Positions 54,541-64,000 of a stretch of 64,000 nt of DNA are shown here, one piece after another (position 1 is the stretch's first letter; each line of letters starts with the position of its first letter). The stretch is from Octopus vulgaris (taxonomy: Eukaryota). Both the position numbers and the translations under genes were made by a program. Location: positions 88,288,001-88,352,000 of the forward strand of contig OX597818.1 in NCBI GenBank assembly GCA_951406725.2, given 5' to 3'. The notes under the pieces are model-generated. The model was not told where the DNA came from, ran no database searches, and saw nothing but the letters and a program-made list of their open reading frames with translations.

Positions 54541-54955
54541 GCAGGAATAGCTGTGTGGTAAGAAGCTTGCTTACCAACTACATGGTTCTGGGTTCAGTCC
54601 TACTGCGTGACACCTTGAGCAAGTGTCTTCTACTATAGCTTCGGGCCGACAAAAGCATTGTGAGTGGATTTGGTAGATGGAAACTGAAGGAAGCCCGTCG
54701 TATATATGTATATATATTTATATATATGTATGTGTGTGTATATGTTTGTCTGTGTTTGTCCGCCCCAACATCGCTTGACAACGGATGGTGGTGTGTTTAC
54801 GTCCCCGTAACTTAGTGGTTCGGCGAAAGACCAATAGAATAAACTCTAGGCTAACAAAGAATAAGTCCTGGGGTCGATTTGCTCGACTAAAAGGCGATGC
54901 TCCAGCATGGCCGCAGTCAAATGACTGAAACAAGTAAAAGAGAGTAAAAGAGTAA
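54541..54955 (+). mobile_element. SINE family A
   Basis: Near-complete copy. Confidence 0.9.
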
Positions 54956-54959
54956 GCAA

Positions 54960-55380
54960 TTAAAGGCGACGAACACACAGAATCGTTAGCACTCCTGACA
55001 AACGATTAGGGGCATCTCACTTCCAGTTTTACCACCGAGGTCGACCTTGCTTTTCATCCTTGTGGAATCGATAAAATAAGTACAAGCTGAGCACTGGGGT
55101 TGATGCAGTCGAGTAGCCACCATCCGCCAAAATTTCGGGCATTGTACCTTATTTTATAAAGAATTTTGATTACAATTCAAAGCGGTGAGCTGAAAGACTC
55201 GTTGGTACAATGAACAAAAGAAATGCATAATGGTATGTCTTCCGGCTTTACGTTATAAGTTTAGATTCTATCGACTTTGCCTTTCATCTTTTTGGAATCG
55301 ATAAAATAAGTATCAAGTGAAGATTGGGGTCGATGTAATCGCCTAAAATACTCGTCTAAAACTTCAGGCCTTGAGCCTAT
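54960..55380 (+). mobile_element. Two tandem old SINE family B copies
   Basis: gaatcgttagc...gccttt(t)catcc...atcgataaaataagta...ggggt(t/c)gatg occurs twice. Confidence 0.65.
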
Positions 55381-55499
55381 TGCGGAGTGATTCTCAACCG
55401 GGGTCTATGGCTACCTTGGGGTTCCACATAAGATGCTGTTGTTAAAATTTATGTGCGATGAAATCGGTTATACAAAATATTTTAACACTTTTTTAAATA

Positions 55500-55692
55500 T
55501 TGGGTTGTCCGGAAAGTTAGTGCCGATTTATAGTAGCTTACCTTTCGACTTATTTTAGAACATGGTTGAGTCTATAAAATAGGATTTGACTACACCTCCA
55601 TTTAGAGAGCAGTTTAAGCTATCTTTTGTGGAAGAAGGTTTATGTTCCTATAACCTGTGTTAATTCTGTAACCCTTTAAAATGAAAGATAAG
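55500..55692 (+). mobile_element. Mariner-like left end, truncated
   Basis: TA-ttgggttgtccggaaagtt terminus; leader runs to an ATG at ~55681, then interrupted. Confidence 0.5.
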
Positions 55693-56029
55693 ATGGGGGT
55701 GCATCATAACCATGTACTGAGAAAAATTCTTTGGGGTTTGAATAATTCCCCTTTGGAAATATGGGTGTTTCGTTCAAAATCTTTAAACAACCTTTATTCA
55801 GGGACATTTTGAGCAGGATGGGCTACTCGACCTGAAGAAAATTCTAACTGGGCCCCACCTGTAACATCATGCGCTATTTATGTTGATATGAGATCACAAT
55901 GTCGCGCACATATTGTTGTGATGCATGTGCTTCGTGTACCCTTATCAGACAAGTAGTCATGATGGCAACAGTGAGCTTTGCATATTTTACCCTAGTGTCA
56001 CTTTGATAGCATTGACTGCTCTCTCACTC

Positions 56030-56032
<3 letters not shown>
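55693..56032 (+). mobile_element. 5'-truncated copy of the (AAT)n-tailed retroposon at 32764
   Basis: Colinear with 32966-33305. Confidence 0.8.
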
Positions 56033-56103
<71 letters not shown>

Positions 56104-56114
56104 TAATAATAATA

Positions 56115-56372
56115 ATGATTCCAGGCTTACCATCCCTACAGGAAGTGCAAAAAATCGCATTAACTGGAACAACTCATGTACTGAGAAGAGCATTATCGCT
56201 GTGAAAACAACATCAATCAATGAATTTATTTATTTATTAATTTTTAAATACATATTTTATCTGTGAATTTGCGAGTGTAATCTGGGAATACATACAATGA
56301 GCTTCTCTGCCCTAGGTGTATGGAAAACACTCGGCGAGAAACGGAAGAAAATTTGAAGAAAGAAGGAAAAAC
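56115..56372 (+). pseudogene. Dong/R4-like LINE extreme 3' end
   Basis: IPGLPSLQEVQKIALTGTTHVLRRALSL* plus UTR, between (AAT)n tracts. Confidence 0.8.
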
Positions 56373-56440
<68 letters not shown>

Positions 56441-57628
56441 CCTTTCCACTACAAGCGTGAGGCCTGAAATTTTCTGGTAAAGGAGTTAGACACTTGAATA
56501 GATCTTCGCATTCAATTAATATTAATTTTATCGACCCGAAAATAGAAGAAAAGGTGATACAGATATTAGACTTTAAAAAATGTCACGGTGGATAAAATTT
56601 CTGAGTGAATTGTGTAGTTGAAATCTTCACTGGTAAAGCAACTTGAATATTATATTTTGATATTGTAAAAAAAATATTTAAAAATTGGGTTTTATGAGAA
56701 CTTTCTAGACAAGGTGGACTTTAATAATTTGTTTTCTTCGTTTTGTTTAGTAAAAGTTACATATAACTAAATAATATGTAGTTCTCTGTATTATAGAATA
56801 GATTAGAAAACTCAAAAAACTTACTCCAGGTTTCACACATCCGATCCTCTGATACTGATGATGTATACAACAAAATAGGTGTGTAATATAGGAATAGTAT
56901 CATAATTTGGATAATTGCCAAAGCTATAAATAAATGAATAAATAAATAAATACATAAATGAATAAATAAAATCTGGTTAATAGCGTATCATATAATTTTC
57001 GCAATTTTGTATGATAGAGTTTCGAAATCTAGCATAAGCTTAAACAGTTTTTCGATTTTATACGAACAAAGTGATTCTGTAAGTTTCTAAAGTCACGATA
57101 AAATAGAATGACAATAGTTAGTATTCCAAGCAATCGCTATCAAAAGAGTTTAATGTATTCAGGTCATTCTCACTATTTGAAGGAATTAAAACTATCGAAT
57201 TTCAAAATTCGATGAAATAAAATTCTTCAGTCATCATATATATATTCATTGTAGATAAAATTTGTGAAAAGGTACTTTTGAATCAAACTAGATTGCTTTG
57301 AGTTTAGTTTTGAAAGATACATTAGTTTCATTCAAATTATACACACATGCGCGCGCACACACTCGCACACAGACATGCACACACACACATCCCCTCACAC
57401 ACACATTCTTTTATTCTTTCACTCTTTATTCTTTGACTGTTTCAGCCATTCAACTGCGGCCATACTGGATCACCGACTTGTGGGGTTAGTGAAGCAGATC
57501 ATCGTCAGTATTTATTCTAAGGCTGATACTTATTTTATCGATCTGTTTTACTGAACCGTTAAGTTATGTGAATAGAAACAAAATGACACAAATTGTGAAG
57601 TAATGGGGAAACAAACCCCATCACGTGC

Positions 57629-57709
<81 letters not shown>

Positions 57710-57819
57710 CATGCATGCATATGTACATACACACAGACACGTGTGTGTGTGTGTGTGTATGTGTAAGGTACAGTTCACTTGAGCTACATATATTTAATAC
57801 CTTCTAATATCTCTTTAAA

Positions 57820-58250
57820 GCAGATGGTGAGCTGGAAGAATCGTTAGCATGCCGGCCAAAACGCTTTGCGGCATTTCCCCCGTCTTTACATTCAAATTCT
57901 GCCGATGTCAACTTTGCCTTTCCTACTTTCAGGGTCGATAAAATAAGTACCATTATGAATAATGGGGTCGATGTAATAATTTTACCCTCCCTCGATCTGC
58001 TGGCTTTGTGCCAAAATTTGAATTCAGTTTCCCTATTGAATACGGCAGCAAGCGGCAAAATCATTACAGCACCGAGACAAAATGCTTAGTGACATTTCTT
58101 CTGAGATCAAATTGCATCGGGATCGACTTTGCCTTTCGTCCTTTTGTAACTAGTGAAATACTAGTGAAATTCTAGGGTCGATGCAATCGACTTATAACCC
58201 ACGACCATCACGACTACCACCGAAATTGCTGATCTTATGCTAAAATTTGA
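57820..58250 (+). mobile_element. Old SINE family B copies
   Basis: Degenerate matches to family B. Confidence 0.6.
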
Positions 58251-58376
58251 AATTAATATCTCTGTTGAGTCACCCCATCAGCAAATGCTTATTTGTTTTT
58301 CTTCAAAGCGTTTTAAAATGGGAGCATTATTTAAAGAAACACACCCACCCACTCACGTATAAATATGTGTGCGTGA

Positions 58377-58407
<31 letters not shown>

Positions 58408-58894
58408 CTTGTGTATGTTTGTGTGTGTGTGTAGAGAGAGAGAGAGACCAGTGACTGATTTTCTATCTTCCGCCTTTTTGTCACCGGACGCCCATCGTGC
58501 CGGTCAACCTTTTTCTCCTCTCTTCTCCGTTCTGTTCTTTATATCCATCTGAAGATTTCTTTCAGGCATTAATCCATCATTCTCATGTTTGGCACCCAAG
58601 GCTATATTTATCTATTGTATTCGTCTACCGCTTTAAATTACTGTTGTTTACTTTCGTACGTCCACCCTGTATTATATACTTTACTCAAGCCCTTATTCTA
58701 CGCACATCTTGCGGGTGCCGCCAATATACGAGGTTCCAGTCTTATCGTTAAAGGCACGAAACTAGGTATTAGTATTTTTCAGTCGATAAACGATGAAGGA
58801 TAAGGGTTCTGGTGTCTGTCCTACGTGTACGTTTCGTAGTGTTTAATGCATTTTTCATTTATGGAGTAACTGGACACCACGCATCCCGACTTAT

Positions 58895-59112
58895 ACTCTT
58901 TACTCTTTTACTTGTTTCAGTCATTTGACTACGGCCATGCTGGAGCACCGCCTTTTAGTCGAGCAAATCAACACCGGGACTTATTCTTTGTAAGCCCAGT
59001 ACTTATTCTATCGGTCGCTTTTGCCGAACCGTTAAGTGACGGGGACATAAACACACCAGCATCGGTTGTCAAGCAATGCTATGGGGGACAAACACAGACA
59101 CACAAACATATG

Positions 59113-59174
<62 letters not shown>

Positions 59175-59340
59175 TACGACAGGCTTCTTTCAGTTTCCGT
59201 CTACCAAATCCACTCACAAGGCATTGGTCGGCCCGGGGCTATAGCAGAAGACACTTGCCAAAGATGCCACGCAGTGGACTGTACCCGGAACCATGTGGCT
59301 GGTTAGCAAGCTACTTACCACACAGCCACTCCTGCGCCTA
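58895..59340 (-). mobile_element. SINE family A
   Basis: Full reverse-strand copy. Confidence 0.9.
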
Positions 59341-59747
59341 TATATATATATGAAAGCAAGTGACCTCGAATAATCGATGGAACATTGGGAAAAATGCTCA
59401 GTCTTATTAAGCTCTGACTTCAAATCCTGCTGAGGTTAACTTAGCCTTTAATCCATTTAGTACAGAAACGAATAAAATACTAGTCACATACGAGAGCCAA
59501 TACTATCGACCCCTCCATCTCCCCTTAGAATTGTTGGTTTTGTACCAAAATATGAACGCTTATATGCGTTTTGGATAGTGACAACGCATGAAACTCTCGG
59601 TCCTCGCGTCCTCGAGTCGCTCTGTAACGTCTGTACTGAGTTGCTCTTTAACGTCTGTACAGAGTTGCTCTGTAACGATTATTAGTATAAGACATAGATA
59701 TACTCATGGTCTAACTTCTATATGCCTGTTTCATTCATCACCAAACT

Positions 59748-59894
<147 letters not shown>

Positions 59895-60054
59895 ATCTAT
59901 CTCTATGTCTCTCTCTCCATATATATATATATATATATATAGATAGATGTACATATATATGCATATATATATACGTGTATATACACATATGTATATGTAT
60001 GTACATATGTATGTATATCTATCTATCTCTATCTATCTATTTATCTCTCCCTCC

Positions 60055-60093
<39 letters not shown>

Positions 60094-60604
60094 CATACAT
60101 ACATACATATGAATATATACACATTTATACATATATACATACATATATACATACACATACGTAGACACACACACACATGTGTATGTATATGTATAGCATT
60201 AAATCTGCTTAATTTGTTAGACATTGTTATTAAATTCTGAGTTGAAATGTAATTAGCTAAATTCGCGTTGTAGGCGTAAAATTACGAAATTACAATTTTC
60301 ACTATACTCTCAAAAATAAAGCACTACGTCTAAAATTTACATGTATGGAGTATATAATGAAACAAGAATATATAATTTTCTTTTTCCGTTCGTATGTATA
60401 GCTGTACTCACGGTCCATCAAATCCAATTCCTATAGTTGCAGGCATATGTTTGTGGTTAAGAAGCTTGCTCTAGAATCGCAATGTTTTCGGGTTCAACGG
60501 CACCCTTAAGCAAGTATTTTATTTCAATGAGTGAAACAAATTAAGGATAAACGATTTGTACCGTTTTAGTAATAGCTTCCATTTCGTCCGAGAAATACTT
60601 TTTA

Positions 60605-60966
60605 ATTTTTACTCTTTTACTTGTTTCAGTCATTTGACTGCGGCCATGCTAGAGCCTCGCATTTAGTCGAAGAAATCAACCGCATGACTTTTCCTTTGTA
60701 AGCCTAGTACTTAAACTATCGGTTTCTTTTGCCGAACCGCTAAGTTACGGCGACGTAAACACACCTGCATCCATTGTCAAGCAATGGTGGGGTGACAAAT
60801 ATAAACACTCACACATAAATAGTTTCTGTCTACCAAATCCACTCATAAGGCTTTCGTCTGCCCAAGGCTATAGTAGAATACACTTGCTCGAGGTACCACG
60901 CAGTAGGAATGAACCCGGAATCATGTGGTTGGGAAGCAAGCTTCTTACCACACATCCATTCCTGCG
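60605..60966 (-). mobile_element. SINE family A, internal microsatellite deleted
   Basis: Both halves present. Confidence 0.85.
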
Positions 60967-61030
60967 GCTTTTTTTAATATTTTACAAACGCTTAAGATTA
61001 GGCATATTCATTCTTCCAGACGATAGCATT

Positions 61031-61252
61031 TATTTCTTTATTGCCCACTGGGGGCTAAATACGGAGAAGACAAACAAGGACAGAGAAAGGGATTAAGTCG
61101 ATTATATCGACCGCAGTGTGTAACTGGTACTTATTCAATCGACCCCGAAAGGCAAAGTTGACCTCGGCGGAATTTGAACTCACAACGTCACGGCAGACGA
61201 AATACCGCTAGGCATTTCACCGGCGTGCTAACGATTCTGCCAGCTCGCCGCC
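61031..61252 (-). mobile_element. SINE family B with 18-bp TSD
   Basis: cttccagacgatagcatt at 61013-61030 and 61253-61270. Confidence 0.92.
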
Positions 61253-61289
61253 CTTCCAGACGATAGCATTCGCACACATATTGGTTCTC

Positions 61290-61570
61290 CGTCGGTAACG
61301 ACGACGTTGTTCAGTTCATCCAGTCAACGGAACAACCTGCTCGCGATAATATCGTACAAGTGGCTGAGCACTCCTCAAACACATGTACCAATAATGTTGT
61401 TCTCGGGGAGATTTAGCATGACAGAGAATGTGAGAAAGCTGTTCTGAACTGCAGGTACTACTCATTTTTGCAAGCTAAGTGGACTGGAGTAATGTGAAAT
61501 AAAGTGTTTCGCTCAAGAACACAACGCGCCGCCGTGAGCCGAGTACCCTAACCATTAAGTCATGAACCTT
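61290..61570 (-). mobile_element. SINE family C
   Basis: Reverse complement colinear with 39162-39485. Confidence 0.75.
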
Positions 61571-61579
61571 TACTCGCAT

Positions 61580-62158
<579 letters not shown>

Positions 62159-63589
62159 ATATATATATATATATACATGTACGCACACACATACTCACAG
62201 ACACGCACACGCACACACATACATGTACGTGTGTGCACACGCACACACACTCATACATACATGTACGCACGCACACATATACATACATGTGTACGCACAC
62301 ACACATCCATCTCCTCCCACTACTCCTGGGATGGACGTGGTGCTAGAATCGATGGGCAACTTCTCCATAGGATCCAATCAAAAGCAACCGTCATTAAATT
62401 TTCCGGCTGAAATCCCAAACGCGAACACAGACTATGGATATTATCCAACCGTTTCCCTCTTGGTTAAACCCTAACTCTCCTGCTGGTTGGCTCAGCTTAA
62501 AGAATCCATCTTACTATTCTTTCCTGTGGCATTTTAATTACACGTCCTTTGTACCGGAGCTGCGATCACTCAATGCGCAAGAGTTACGACTCGACCTGGA
62601 GAGTACCTTGATTTCCAAGCTACGAATCCTATCTTTTAACGTTACTCCAGAAATATTTCGGAGGAATCCCATTTAGGCTGATTATATTCGCGATGTTATT
62701 CTTTCTGTGTTTACCCGGCATTCATGACCATAGGTGCGTATAAGTACGAAAACTAAATTGAAAACCCCGAATTTGGCTTTTTACAAATCTTTCTTCTTTT
62801 GAAAATCAAGTGCTGGAAATGGAAAAGCATTCGCAATTCTAGCATCCAACGCAACATTTTGATACCTGTCACTCGTGAACACCGCACCGAGATACTTAAA
62901 TTTCTCAAATTACTAAATGATAATATTTCATATCAGTTTAGAATATGTAACGTATTCATCACAGCCAACACAGTCGATATGCTTTCAAAATGGCGTCTAT
63001 TCACTGCTTCATTAAAAAAAAACTGTCTTTTTATGAATTTTATCTACAATGAAGATTTGTTTATTGAAGAATTTTATTACGCATTAATAAATAGAATATA
63101 AATACGCTTCAATAGTTTTCAATTCATTGAAATGGTAAAAATAACCAGTATTATGAAATTAAATCTTTTAACACCGATTGTTTATATGTATGAAGTAATA
63201 ACTTCTGTCGTTTTAACTCATCATGGAAACGGAAGTCACCTTAGTTATGTTATTCATTGATATGATATGTTCTGTTTTATGCTACATTGTGCCAAAGTTT
63301 TACACGTAACCGCTAAAGTCTGATGCAAGTAACCGATATATATGTATGTCTGTGTACATATATATCCACAAATAGATGCATACAAACACACACATACTCT
63401 TATATATATATATATATATATATATATTGGCCTGCTCGCTTAGCCAGCGGGGTGGCGTCATTCGAAGGCTAAAACAATGCGAACGCATTGTGACCAGCGA
63501 TGTGTAGCAACATCTGATGGTTTGGTCGGTCACGTGATCACGTGATATATATATATATATATACACACACTGTATTATTCAAAAAAATT

Positions 63590-63823
63590 TTTATTCGTTT
63601 CAATCATTTGACTGCGGAAATGCCGGAGCACCATCTTCAAAGGTTTTAGTTGAAAAAAAGGCACCAGGACTTACTTTTTCTTTTAAGCCTGGTACGTACT
63701 TTTCGCCCACCTTTTGCCGACCCGCTAAGTTACGGGGACGTAAGCATGCCAACACCGGTTGTCAAAAGATGGCGGGGTGGACAAACACAGACACAAAAAC
63801 ACACAGAATTACAGATACACACG

Positions 63824-63889
<66 letters not shown>

Positions 63890-64000
63890 CTCACACACAC
63901 GCATGCACACGCACACGCACACACACGCATATATATGTATATACAACGGTCTTTTTCAGTCTCCGTCTACCACATCCACTCACAAGTCGGCCCGGAGTAA
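63590..64000 (-). mobile_element. SINE family A, runs off the window
   Basis: 3' half, internal (CA)n, start of the 5' half. Confidence 0.8.

Noticed and set aside
58815-58868. Hammerhead-like GAAACGTACACGTA on the minus strand (also 27325-27362)
   Set aside because: CUGANGA half or cleavage site too degenerate to support
59621-59677. 24-bp tandem repeat x2.5 (and 10-bp x3 at 43917-43948)
   Set aside because: Ordinary local slippage duplications

Overview
AT-rich, microsatellite-saturated eukaryotic (animal) non-coding DNA. The repeat repertoire (three abundant tRNA-headed SINE families, TAA-associated RLE LINEs, Penelope fragments) looks to me like an octopus/cephalopod genome; this is recognition, not a database result. 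I find no credible host protein-coding exon, rRNA, true tRNA gene or CRISPR array. Nearly all long ORFs in the track are simple-repeat artefacts. Real content is decayed transposons: a Tc1 copy, two mariner derivatives, an IR/DR Tc1 MITE, Dong/R4-like LINE fragments at (TAA)n, a Penelope GIY-YIG fragment, Helitron/Helentron pieces, a short solo-LTR-like insert and about 30 SINE copies. The most interesting signal is a set of ORF-less fold-back (inverted-arm) elements, mostly inserted in (TA)n, each with a minimal type-I hammerhead ribozyme motif at the hairpin centre. One family carries a swapped G3:C8 catalytic core (GUGAACA instead of CUGANGA) in independent insertions. Coordinates were read by eye and may be off by a few bases.
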